Positions 33,364-46,945 of a stretch of 64,000 nt of DNA are shown in pieces (the stretch's first letter is position 1; each line of letters starts with the position of its first letter). This DNA comes from an uncultured Gemmatimonadales bacterium (lineage in GTDB: Bacteria; Gemmatimonadota; Gemmatimonadetes; Gemmatimonadales; GWC2-71-9): contig CAVRRH010000008.1 in NCBI GenBank assembly GCA_963723565.1, positions 87,590 through 151,589 of the forward strand. Direction: 5' to 3'. A program made the position numbers and the translations under genes. Below the pieces are notes generated by a model. That model had not been told where the DNA came from. It did no database searches and saw only the letters and a list, made by a program, of their open reading frames with translations.

Positions 33364-34725
33364 CGTCCGGCTGCGACCCCGGCTGAACGGTTTCGTTCCA
33401 CCGCGCGCCTGCCGAGCTCTACCATCTCGTCGATCTGCTCCTCGGTGATCACAAAGGGCGGCGCGAGCATGGCCAGGTCTCCGGTCCCGTCCTCCAGTTG
33501 GCCGGCAGTTGGGCCAGACGATCAGCCCCAGGTCCAGCGCGGCCGCCGCGAACGACTCGGCGAAGCGCGCCGACGGCGGAAAGGGCCGGCGGGTCGCCTT
33601 GTCCTCCACGAATTCGATTGCCGCCAGCAGTCCCCGTCCCCGGACGTCCCCGACGCAGGGCGGACGCGCGCAGGCTCTGCAGGCTGCTGATGCAGCACCG
33701 CGCCCATCGCGGCGCAGCGCTCGACCAGCCGGTGTCGCGCGCGAGATACCTGATGGTGGCGGCTCCCGCGGCGCACAGCGGTGGCATGATGGGAGAACGT
33801 CTGGGCATGGAGGAACGCGCCGGAGCCCCGCGCCAGAACATCGACCAGCCGGCGCGGCGCCACCACCGCCGAGAGCGGCGCGTAGCCGCCCGCGATGCCC
33901 TTTGCCGAGCACCATGATGTCGGGCACCACGCCGTAGGGTTCCAGCGCCGACCAGGTGCCGGTCCTGCCGGCGCCGGTGAGTATCTCGTCGGCCACGAGC
34001 AAGCACCTCGTACGATCACAGATCTCACGCACCCGGCGCCAGTAGTCGGCGCCGGGGACCGAGGCGCCGGTGGACGAGCCGCCCACCGGCTCAGCGATGA
34101 GCGCCGCGACGGTCTCGGGACCCTCGCGCAGAATCGCCGCCTCGATGGCGTCGCCGCTGCACGCCGGGCACAGAGGGAGCCATACCCCCGCATTCGCAGC
34201 GATACGGGTATAGTGCGGGAGCTCGGACCACCTGAACCAGCCACTCCCGATAATAGGTCTGATATTGTTCTCTCGACGAGGCCGATAGCGCGAGCAGTGT
34301 GTTGCCGTGATACGAGGGGTGCCAAGGCCAGCACCTTGTGCTTTCCGAGCGTCCGGACTCCACCCAGTATTGCCGCGCGAGCTTGAGCGCGGCCTCGACC
34401 GCCTCGGAGCCGCTGCCCAGGGGATAGACCAGGTCGAGATCTCCTGGCGAGAGCTGCGCGAGCTCGGCGGCCAGCTCTTCCACCGCGTCATGGGTGAAAC
34501 GCGTCCCGCTCACGTAGGCGACTCTGTCCGGCCTGGCAGGCGAGCGCCTCCGCGATTTCGCTGACCCCGTGGCCCACGTTGACCACGTACGCGCCGCCCG
34601 AGCCGTCCAGGTACCGCCGCCCCCGGTCGTCGTAGAGATAGCAGCCTTCTCCCCGGACGATGCGGGGGTACTCCCGAGTCAGCTTCCGGTAAAAGACAGT
34701 GGGAGGAGGGGTATCTATGGCTCAT
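33360..34725 (-). pseudogene. Second class-III aminotransferase. About 4 or more frame changes as sequenced.
   Basis: ATG 34725 (MSHRYPSSH) shifts immediately, inside a C-rich run, to TVFYRKLTREYPRIVRGEGCYLYDDRGRRYLDGSGGAYVVNVGHGV (manual translation). It continues in 34091..34513 (THDAVEELAAELAQLSPGDLDLVYPLGSGSEAVEAALKLARQYW), 33522..34334 and 32635..34491. The C-terminus APPFVITEEQIDEMVELGRRAVE ends at a TGA overlapping the ALDH ATG. Confidence 0.7.
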
Positions 34726-34878
34726 GGATGGATCGCGGAATGTGCTGCTGGTCTGTGGGGGCCCGCCAGGGCTCCCAGTCCTGGGCCCCGCTCGATGGCC
34801 CATATTCTGCATACCTATCTAGAAGGCGACCGCGCCCTTCCCGGGCCGATGCGGTAACCTTTTCCGCCAGTCGGAACC

Positions 34879-35321
34879 ATGCCATCTCCACTCGTCGTCG
34901 AAGCGTTACGCGAACAGCTTGTCAGAGTGCTGGACTGGTATCGGCAGCAGCGGCCGGCCTTTAGCTGGGGTGTGGTGCTGCACCAGCGTAACGAGCGAGG
35001 CAAATTGCGATTTGGGGCGGTGACTCCGGCGGAGAAAGCCTGCTCCTGAGCCAGCCGCTCCTGGCGGGACTGTCGGAAGGGCCCTGCTGGCTGGACGGCG
35101 CGGTCCGGGTCCGGCTGGCGTGCAGGCAGGTAACCCAATGTCACCCCTGGCTGGATGCGCTGGAGCGGCCGGACCGGCCACCCTTGGTCGAAGCGCTCGC
35201 GGTGTGTTTCGATCCGAACGCATCGCAGGCGGAATGCGAGAGATTCCAGGCGATGGCCGGCACGCTGACCCCCGAGTACCCTCCCCTCCGAACTGTTCCT
35301 TCTGACGAAACAAAGACCTAG
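34879..35321 (+). CDS. Hypothetical protein (about 147 aa if one frameshift near 35045 is repaired), divergent from the aminotransferase operon
   Basis: Not in the ORF track because each half is under 60 aa or lacks a start. ATG 34879 gives MPSPLVVEALREQLVRVLDWYRQQRPAFSWGVVLHQRNERGKLRFGAVTPAEKACS*. The next frame continues LLSQPLLAGLSEGPCWLDGAVRVRLACRQVTQCHPWLDALERPDRPPLVEALAVCFDPNASQAECERFQAMAGTLTPEYPPL, ending at TAG 35319-35321. No recognisable domain. Confidence 0.3.
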
Positions 35322-35450
35322 TGGTTGGCCGATCTAGAGCAGCTAGTGGCTAGTGCGCTATTGGCTAGTGGCCGACTCCTAAGTACTAGATCCTCAGCAC
35401 ACTCCTCGATGCACTCAGCATCAGCCCGTAGCCGCTGATAGCCTGTCACC
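35318..35450. repeat. Tandem-heptamer inverted array (CTAGTGG / GGCTAnn units) between the convergent hypothetical gene and glnN
   Basis: Left array: CTAGTGG TTGGCCGAT CTAGAGCAG CTAGTGG CTAGTGC GCTATTGG CTAGTGG CC. Right array 35422-35450: CAGCCCGTAGCCGCTGATAGCCTGTCACC, the complement of GGCTA-type units. The unit is related to the 894-1033 element. Confidence 0.55.
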
Positions 35451-35461
35451 TGCTCTCGCAC

Positions 35462-37604
<2,143 letters not shown>

Positions 37605-37634
37605 TCAGGAGACGCGCAGGGGTGGTCACAGGTG

Positions 37635-37677
37635 CTCGTGCCTCGTGCGTAGTGGAGGAGGTGAGAAGTGAGAATGG
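37635..37677. repeat. Short tandem heptamers (CTCGTGC x2, then GTGAGAA GTGAGAA-like) between the cysK stop and the glnN start
   Basis: ctcgtgcctcgtgc at 37635-37648 and gtgagaagtgagaatgg at 37661-37677. The second unit is identical to that of the 14596-14829 element. No clear inverted partner is present here. Confidence 0.5.
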
Positions 37678-38695
37678 TCAAAGTTCGGGAAAAGAGATCA
37701 GACCGCCGCGGTCGGCGCCGTCAGGGCTTGCTTCGAGGTCGGAGATGTCCGGGTCAGCCAACTCGGTATAAACCGGGTGGGAGAGGTAGCGCTCGCCGAA
37801 GTCGCAGACGATCGAGACGATGAGCTTGCCCGCGTTCTCGCGCCGTGCCGGCGAGCTGCAGCGCCGCCCAGGTGATGGAGCCGCTCGAGATTCCGGCGAA
37901 AATCGCTTCTTCGCGGGCGAGCCGGCGCGTCGTCGCGATGGCGTCGTCGTTGGTGACCCGGATGACTTCATCGTAGATCTTGGTATCGAGGATAGAAGGG
38001 ATGAAGCCGGCGCCGATACCCTGCTGCTTGTGAGGAGAGGGCTGGCCGCCGGAGAGAACCGGGCTCTCCGCGGGCTCGACCGCGACAATCCGAATACCTG
38101 GCTTCCGTTCCCGGAGATAGCGCCCGGCGCCGGTGATCGTGCCACCAGTGCCCACTCCGGAAACGAAGATGTCCACCGCGCCATCGGTGTCGGTCCAGAT
38201 CTCGGGGCCGGTGGTGCTGTAATGGATGGCGGGGTTGGCCGGATTATCGAACTGGCGGGGCATCCAGGCGCGGTCGCCGAGGCGAGCCAGGATCTCCTCC
38301 GCCCGGGCAATGGCGCCCTTCATGCCCTTGGCGCCTTCGGTGAGCACGACCTTGGCACCGAGTGCGCGCAGCAGGTTGCGCCGCTCGTAGGTCATGGTAT
38401 CCGGCATGGTGAAGATGCAGCGGTAACCGCGTGCCGCGGCGACGTAGGCCAGCCCGATGCCGGTGTTTCCGCTGGTGGGCTCCACGATGATCATGCCTGG
38501 ACGCAGCCGACCCTTCTCGACCGCGTCGTTGATCATCGCCGCCCCGATCCTGTCCTTCACCGAGTTGAACGGATTGTAGCCTTCGTGCTTCACCGCGATA
38601 CGGGCCGGCAAGCCCGCGGCCATCCGGTTGAGCCGGATCAGGGGTGTATTTCCGACGGTCTCCGTAACGTCCTGGTAGATCTTGCCGTGTGGCAT
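37678..38695 (-). CDS. cysK: Cysteine synthase A (O-acetylserine sulfhydrylase). One apparent frameshift near 37850.
   Basis: ORF 37754..38695 gives [24 protein letters not shown]...[12 protein letters not shown]...[16 protein letters not shown]...[10 protein letters not shown]. The C-terminus [26 protein letters not shown] continues in the frame of ORF 37678..38310. Confidence 0.88.
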
Positions 38696-38829
38696 GGGTA
38701 CCTCGTCTCGTGCCCGACCTGAATCGCTGGATCTGCTCTGGCAAGAATAATACGCTCGGACCCACCCGGCATGCCCCAGGGATCTCGACCTTTACCCCAC
38801 CCATCCGCAGTGTCCCGGTGCGCTCGCCT

Positions 38830-38961
38830 CCGCACAAAAGAACGCAGTGCTTCGGCGAGCCGACCGGGCCACTGCTCCCCCTGACCTACACGCAGCCCCT
38901 TACTGGGGTGGGGTTGCTGCGGGCAGGAGGTCCCACTGAAGCACTGCGTTCTTTTGTGCGG
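38830..38961. repeat. Perfect 24-bp inverted repeat flanking an 84-bp GC-rich spacer, in the cysK upstream region
   Basis: CCGCACAAAAGAACGCAGTGCTTC at 38830-38853 and its exact reverse complement GAAGCACTGCGTTCTTTTGTGCGG at 38938-38961. The spacer contains its own hairpin, GCAGCCCC-TTAC-TGGGG..GCTGC. I did not see a second copy in the window. Confidence 0.85.
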
Positions 38962-39005
38962 CAGTGGGAGCGCCTGCTCGCAGCGGGGCGGTGGGGCAGA
39001 CTCCT

Positions 39006-40000
39006 TCAGCGCGATCCGACAATCGCAGCGCACGAGTTTGCAAGCTCCACCAGCGCGTCGGCGCCCCACTCTCCTCGGTCATTCAGGCGGCCCAACAACT
39101 CGGTGGGAAGAGCCTCTACCCCAAGCCGTGCTCCGCTGATGGCGCCGGCGATCGCGGCCATGGTATCGGTGTCGCCACCAACCCCGATCGCGGTACAGAT
39201 CGTCTCCCAGTAATCATCGGGTGAGCGGAGGAAGGCGTAGAGGCTCCAGAGCAAGCTGGGGGTCACAAACGCCGAGATTCCTTGCCAGCGGTCCATGTGA
39301 GCCGGATCGAGGCCTGACTCGTGCACATGGCGCGCGGCCGGTTGCATGGCGAAAGCGCCACCCACTCACCGAGCCCCCGAATCGCCTCCCCCACCGACAC
39401 CTCATCCGCTTCCGCGCAGTCGGCGACCTCGGCCAGAAATCCGGCAGTCTCGATCGGCGTCCGGGCAGCCGCGACCGCGACCGCACGCGCGACGGCAGCA
39501 GCTCCCGCCGCACACCGCGGATCGAGATGCGTGATCCTCGCCTGTTCCCGAGCGGCCCGGCACATCGCCTGCTGATCGGGCAAGAGCAGACCAAGGGGGC
39601 CGGCTCGCATGGCGGCGCCGTTGCCGGCATAGGGCGCTGGGGTACCGGACTCATGCCAAGGCACGCCCATGAGCAGCCGGAGCGCGGCAGAACGTGTACC
39701 CCGCCCCGCTCCCACATCACGCCGCTCGCGAAACAACTCGGCGAGCCGGGCGGCGAAAACCGGCGGCTGCCATCCGCCAGCATCCGAGAAGCTGCGCAGC
39801 AACTCTCTGGCGAGCTGAGTGTCGTCACTGTATTGACCGAAGGGGAACTGCGGGTGGGGCCACTCTCCGGCGCGCCCGGCTCGAAGCCATCCCTCGACGT
39901 AAACCCGGGCTACTTCCGGTGCCTGAGCCTCGACCACGAATCCTAGCGCATCGCCCAGCGCCTGGCCTAGAATCGAGCCGGCCAGCCGATCAGCCGTCAC
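39006..40000 (-). CDS. ADP-ribosylglycohydrolase family protein. One apparent frameshift near 39360.
   Basis: ORF 39263..40081 from GTG 40000 gives VTADRLAGSILGQALGDALGFVVE...FGQYSDDTQLARELL...GNGAAMRAGPLGLL. The C-terminal part (ICTAIGVGGDTDTMAAIAGAISGARLGVEALP) is in ORF 39006..39365. GTGA overlap with the upstream gene. Confidence 0.8.
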
Positions 40001-40611
40001 CCTGGGGCCGGTGCCACATCCCGTCCGCAGTGCTTGCACACGCGGGCGCGTGCGAGGATCCGCTCGGCGCAGTAAGGGCATTCACGCTCGACCCGTGGGT
40101 CTCCCGCGCTCGCGGGCGCCGCCGTGCCCTGCTGGCTGCCTCTGCGCTCCTCTTGTGCGATGATCTGGCTCTGGATCTGCCGGCGGAACTCCAGTGGTTC
40201 GGAGATGCGCGAAAAGACCTCCTGCGTGCCCCCGGTACCGGTGATGGTCACCGTGCCGAACCCGAAGACGCGCCCCAGGACTCCCTGATCCACCGCGATC
40301 GCCTCGACCTTACTCAGTAGTGTCTCGTCCGACTCCCGTTCGATGAAGCCGACCTTCCCGAGCACCCGTTTGTCGGTGACGGCAAACTCAGAGGTGACGT
40401 ACTGTATGGCAGGGCCGATGGCGAGAAGCAGTCCGACCCCGGCGAGGCCCAGACCGGCGTAGGAGTAGGCCGGCTGGACCACCTGAAGCAGTATGGCCAG
40501 GGCGATGCCGAGCAGCACCACGACGATCGAGGTGAGGAAGATGGTCCAGTGGAGCTTGGCGCGGTAAACGATTCGCTCTCCGCCCAGGAGATGGTCGTCG
40601 AGGTAGCTCAC
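39997..40611 (-). CDS. Membrane protein with a bacterial PH (bPH_2/YdbS-like) domain and a C-terminal zinc ribbon
   Basis: ORF 39997..40611(-), 204 aa, intact. It reads GERIVYRAKLHWTIFL, then two TM segments, then YVTSEFAVTDKRVLGKVGFIERESDETLLSKVEAIAVDQGVLGRVFGFGTVTITGTGG, and ends CPYCAERILARARVCKHCG. Confidence 0.75.
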   Translation of the reverse strand: MSYLDDHLLGGERIVYRAKLHWTIFLTSIVVVLLGIALAILLQVVQPAYSYAGLGLAGVGLLLAIGPAIQYVTSEFAVTDKRVLGKVGFIERESDETLLSKVEAIAVDQGVLGRVFGFGTVTITGTGGTQEVFSRISEPLEFRRQIQSQIIAQEERRGSQQGTAAPASAGDPRVERECPYCAERILARARVCKHCGRDVAPAPG

Positions 40612-40672
40612 GCGGAGGCAACCAAGCTAATAAAAAACTTTAGGTAAGGGGACGTAAGTGATGATAACACAG

Positions 40673-40759
40673 CGGACAGGGTGGGATTCGAACCCACGAT
40701 ACCCTTGCGGGTATACCGGTTTTCGAGACCGGCTCCTTCAGCCACTCGGACACCTGTCC
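40673..40759 (-). tRNA. tRNA-Ser (anticodon CGA)
   Basis: The reverse complement is GGACAGGTGTCCGAGTGGCTGAAGGAGCCGGTCTCGAAAACCGGTATACCCGCAAGGGTATCGTGGGTTCGAATCCCACCCTGTCCG. The anticodon loop is CUCGAAA and the variable arm is long. ORF 40681..40917(+) is an artefact of this gene. Confidence 0.95.
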
Positions 40760-40777
40760 ATTGCCCTGCCCAAACGA

Positions 40778-40819
40778 TTCCCGCCTCCCGAGATCTGGGA
40801 GAGTCTCAGGAGGCGGGAA
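40778..40819 (-). terminator. Hairpin downstream of the vWA gene (candidate terminator, weak U tract)
   Basis: TTCCCGCCTCC (40778-40788) and GGAGGCGGGAA (40809-40819) form an 11-bp perfect stem with a 20-nt loop. Confidence 0.45.
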
Positions 40820-40858
40820 AATTAGATGGTCAAGGTGAGGGAGCCAACCCCGCAGCAG

Positions 40859-42865
40859 CTATTCCATGGCGGTGTCGGCCATGCCGCTCAGCGTTCTGGC
40901 CCGCTCCACCATGCTGATGAACTCACCCCGGTACCCTTCGGGATCCTCTCCCCGAGCATCGCGGGCGAGAGCCAGCACCATGTCGTAGCTTGCCTCTCCC
41001 TTGTTATCCGAGTTTCTGAGAACGAGCGCGAAGGCCGCAACCGCGGAGGCAAAGCGTAGATCCCGCGAGGCGATCGAGCCCCCACGGTCCACGACTGGGG
41101 TGGAGAGCAGCCGGCTCCGGGTGCCCGTCGGGATCCTTGTAGCGGAGCCGAACCGTCATGAGCTCGGGGCTCCGGCTGGCGGATGGCCGCAACGAGACCT
41201 TCTGGTAGGTGAGGCTGTCGCTGCCGAGCGCCACCGGCGGTGCACCAATCGGCACCACCTCGTACAATGCGGTGACCGCGTGCCCCGCACCCATCTCGCC
41301 CGCATCCTTCCTGTCGTCGGCGAAGTCTTCCTTTGCCAGGAGCCGGTTCTCGTAGCCTAGCAGCCGGTACGCCTGCACCCTGGCGGGATTGAATTCGACC
41401 TGAATCTTCACGTCCTTGGCCACGGTGAACAACGTGCCGCCGAACTCCCGCACGAAAACCTTCTGGGCCTCCCGAAAGCTGTCGATGTAGGCATAGTGGC
41501 CGTTTCCCTTGTCGGCCATCTGCTCCATCTTGGTGTCCTTCAGATTCCCGGTGCCGAAGCCCAGCACTGTGAGGAAGGTCCCCTCCTCGCGGCGAGTCTC
41601 TACCAGACGGATCATCTCCGCGTCGGAGCTCACGCCCACGTTGAAGTCGCCGTCGGTGGCCAGGATCAGGCGGTTGTTCCCTTCCGGGAAGTAGTTCTCT
41701 CGAGCCACGTCGTAGGCCAGCTTGATTCCGGCTCCACCGGCCGTCGAGCCTCCGGCCTCGAGCCGATCGATGGCGGCGAGAATGGTAGCCTTGTCGGCGC
41801 CCGAGGTGGACGGGAGCACCAGCCCGGCCGCACCAGCGTACACCACGATGGCGACCCGATCCTGGGGGCGGAGCTTCTCAACCAGGGCACAGAATGCCTG
41901 CTTCACCAGGGGGAGCTTGTCCCATGACTTCATCGAGCCGGACACATCGATAAGGAACACCAGGTTGCTCGGAGGCAGGTCACGGGTTGCGAAGCGTTTG
42001 GCCTGGAGTCCTATGCGCACCAGGCGATGCTCGGGAGCCCACGGGCTCGGTCCCACCTCGGTCGTCACGGCAAACGGATGCCTGCCGGTACGATCGGGGT
42101 AGGTGTAGGGGAAATAGTTCACCAGCTCCTCCAGCCGCACCGCGTCGGCCGGCGGAAGCGTGCCCTCGCTGAGGAAGCGCCGCACGTTGCTGTACGATGC
42201 CGCGTCCACATCGATCGAGAAGGTCGAGAGCGGGTTGCGCCACGGCTGCCAGAAACCGGTTCTCGTCGATACGCGCATAGGCCTCGGTGTTGCCCGGCTC
42301 GCGCTGCACCCGCCATGGCTCGTACGGGACGCCGTCCACGTAGGGCTTGCGGCTCTCCGCCCGGGGCACGATGGCGGCCTGGTCATGCGAAGGATTCTGG
42401 CGCTCCGCCGCCTTGGCTCCCCGGGCCATGAGACCGCTCTGCTGCGAGTCACGACTCTTGGAGGCCGCCGCTGCCGCGCCCGGCTGCACGGTAATCTCGT
42501 TCAACTGCACTGCTGATTGCTGGAGCGCGAAGTCCTGGGTAGTTGTGCGGCCCGCCCGAACCGCGACTATCGCCTCTGCCGACCGGTAACCGATGAAGGC
42601 AGCGCGAATGGTTGCCCGGCCTTCCGACACGGCGGGAAATACGTAGCCGCCGGCGCTGTCGGTCAGCACGTTGAGCGCGGTCCCGACAACGAAGACCTGC
42701 GACGTTCGCAATCGGGGCTCCCTGTTGATCCCGGACGTGGCCCTCCACCCGGCCGGTGGTCGGCACTCGCAGGATCGGAGCGGCAGCAGTAGTGGTGAGA
42801 GTGATCAGAAGAAACAGAGCAAGCCCCGGCACGAGCCGGCCGGAAAACGGATCGAGCAGTCGCAT
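40859..42865 (-). pseudogene. YfbK-like vWA protein (carboxypeptidase-regulatory-like N-domain, vWA, DUF3520-like C-terminus). 3 frame changes as sequenced.
   Basis: Fragments are 42449..42895 (MRLLDPFSGRLVPGLALFLLI...TGRVEGHVRDQQGAPIANV), 41980..42711 (VVGTALNVLTDSAGGYVFPAVSEGRATIRAAFIGYRS), 41004..42452 (STFSIDVDAASYSNVRRFLSEGTLPPADAVRLEELVNYF...VFLIDVSGSM...ILATDGDFNVG) and 40859..41092 (SRDLRFASAVAAFALVLRNS...EFISMVERA). Confidence 0.75.
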
Positions 42866-42966
42866 AGCGCATCTCCGAAATGCAGAGGATTGCATCCCGC
42901 CCCAGTGGATTCAGCGTGGGATGTCCTCTGGAGATGCGGCAGTGGGCACGACTGGCACAGGAGGGA

Positions 42967-43043
42967 GTGAAATGGACAGCGTGAACGGTGAGCGGGCGGC
43001 ATGGAATCACCCCGTTCACTGTTTACCGTTTACGCCGTTTGAG
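42967..43043. repeat. Tandem-heptamer hairpin (GTGAACG / ACCGTTT units) just downstream of the tadA stop
   Basis: Left arm: GTGAAAT GGACAGC GTGAACG GTGAGCG. Right arm: TCACCCCGTTCACTGTTTACCGTTTACGCCGTTTGAG. The core stem is GTGAACGGTGA / TCACCCCGTTCAC. It uses the same unit family as 10330-10406. Confidence 0.65.
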
Positions 43044-43044
43044 T

Positions 43045-43504
43045 CTACCGCTTGCTCAGAAAAAACCGCTTGAGAAGGTCTCCGCACTCCTCGGCCATGA
43101 GGCCTCCCACGACCTCCGGCCGGTGATTCAATCTCGGGTTGCGGAGCAGGTCGTACACCGAGCCGGCCATTCCGCAGCTCGCATCGTACGCACCGAACAC
43201 CACCCGTCCCACCTTGGCCAGCACGATGGCGCCAGCGCACTGGGCGCACGGCTCCAGCGTCACATACATCGTGGTCATCAGGAGCCGGTCCTCTCCCCCA
43301 TTCTGCAGCGCGCGATGGAGGGCGAGCAGCTCGGCGTGAGCGGTTGGATCGCGACGCTGCACCGTCTCGTTGTGGGCCTCGCCCAGTACCTCGCCTTCGG
43401 CAATTACCACCGCACCGACTGGCACCTCTTCACGAACCGAGGCCGCTCGGGCGAGCCGGAGGGCGGCCTGCATTCCAGCGAGATCACTGGGCGAAGGGGT
43501 GCCC

Positions 43505-43512
<8 letters not shown>
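43045..43512 (-). CDS. tadA: tRNA-specific adenosine deaminase TadA
   Basis: ORF 43045..43584(-): ...[37 protein letters not shown]...[12 protein letters not shown]. The start is uncertain: GTG 43512 (overlapping the clpB stop) or ATG 43473. Confidence 0.88.
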
Positions 43513-46144
<2,632 letters not shown>

Positions 46145-46315
46145 CACGCCCTCACGTGGGCACAATCCGGCGTCCCATTTGAGTCCGGGGCCGGCGGGTT
46201 CGGTGGAACCTCAGAGACAGCATATGAGTTGGCAAGCCCTATACCCCAGAACCCTGCCTGTTTGGCAGCCTTCGGCGGCCGGCCTCCCTTCATTGCTCCT
46301 TCCCTGACACGCAAA

Positions 46316-46338
46316 GAGGCAGCCTCAGCGGCTGCCTC
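46316..46338 (-). terminator. Rho-independent terminator candidate after the small T9SS-CTD-like gene
   Basis: GAGGCAGCC (46316-46324) and GGCTGCCTC (46330-46338) form a 9-bp perfect stem with a 5-nt loop. The minus-strand RNA continues UUUGCG. It lies 7 nt after the stop at 46345. Confidence 0.6.
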
Positions 46339-46344
46339 GTGCGG

Positions 46345-46782
46345 TTACTTCTGGCTGGCGATCTTCCTCTGTGCGATCATCTTCCTGGTAAACCGCTCGC
46401 CATCCACGGTGAGCTGGTAGTAGTAGACTCCTGGAGTGGCCTCTCGCTTTCCATCCAGGTACTGTCCATCCCAGAAGGCTCGATACTCTCCACAGCGCAA
46501 GCGAAGGCTATCCAGCCGTTCGCTCGATCCATGCGCCAGGGTCGGAATCGCGACCACCTGCACCAGCACATTGTAGATCTTCAAGCTGACCACCGGCTGA
46601 TGACCCCTCGCGCACACCTCCCGGGAAATTTCGAACGGGATCGTCGTCGCCGGGAAAAACGGATTGGGGTAGTTCTCCTTCAGCTCGACCCGCGGAGGGA
46701 GCACGTTCGCCTGTGCCGCTACCGGGGGGCCTGCTCCCACCAGAAGCCCGAGCCACCACCCCGGCCACGAAAAGCGGACCAT
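46345..46782 (-). CDS. Small secreted protein consisting essentially of a T9SS-type C-terminal sorting / FlgD-Ig-like domain
   Basis: ORF 46345..46782(-), 145 aa. A signal peptide (MVRFSWPGWWLGLLVGAGPPVAAQ) is followed by LKENYPNPFFPATTIPFEI...VSLKIYNVLVQVV...AFWDGQYLDGKREATPGVYYYQLTVDGERFTRKM. Confidence 0.65.
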   Translation of the reverse strand: MVRFSWPGWWLGLLVGAGPPVAAQANVLPPRVELKENYPNPFFPATTIPFEISREVCARGHQPVVSLKIYNVLVQVVAIPTLAHGSSERLDSLRLRCGEYRAFWDGQYLDGKREATPGVYYYQLTVDGERFTRKMIAQRKIASQK

Positions 46783-46868
46783 GGGCGCTCCTCTTCAAAC
46801 AACGTGTGGAACGGTAGTGGCACCTCCGTGATGGTCGGAATACTGCGTCGGTACCCTCTAAGGTGAAG

Positions 46869-46945
46869 GTCTAGAGTCTAGAGTCAAGGGCGTGGCGCGC
46901 TAGGAGCTGGGAGCTGGAGAGCTCCCGACTCCTGACTTTCCCTTC
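46869..46945. repeat. Tandem-heptamer arrays (GTCTAGA x2, GAGCTGG x2, inverted GTCnnGA units) overlapping the 3' end of selB
   Basis: Sequence reads GTCTAGA GTCTAGA GTCAAGG GCGTGGC GCGCTAG GAGCTGG GAGCTGG AGAGCTC CCGACTC CTGACTT. There is an inner hairpin GGGAGC-TGGAGA-GCTCCC. The SelB tail KGKSGVGSSPAPSS is encoded by the right-hand part. Confidence 0.6.

Noticed and set aside
38638-39224. ORFs 38638..39069(-), 38689..39213(+), 38900..39082(-), 38954..39139(+) and 38964..39224(+) in the cysK / ADP-ribosylglycohydrolase intergenic region.
   Set aside because: They read through both arms of the 24-bp inverted repeat or the 3' end of the ARH gene. They mirror each other on both strands and have no motif or start context, so they are treated as non-coding.
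40681-40917. ORF 40681..40917(+) beginning MGFEPTIPLRVYRFSRP.
   Set aside because: Its 5' part is the reverse complement of tRNA-Ser(CGA) (40673-40759), so it is an artefact of the tRNA gene.
46170-46300. A heat-shock promoter or CIRCE/HAIR-type operator upstream of clpB.
   Set aside because: There is no TTAGCACTC-N9-GAGTGCTAA inverted repeat. Only a weak CTTGCCA..-type resemblance to sigma32 -35 boxes is seen, without a matching CCCCAT -10, which is not enough to call.
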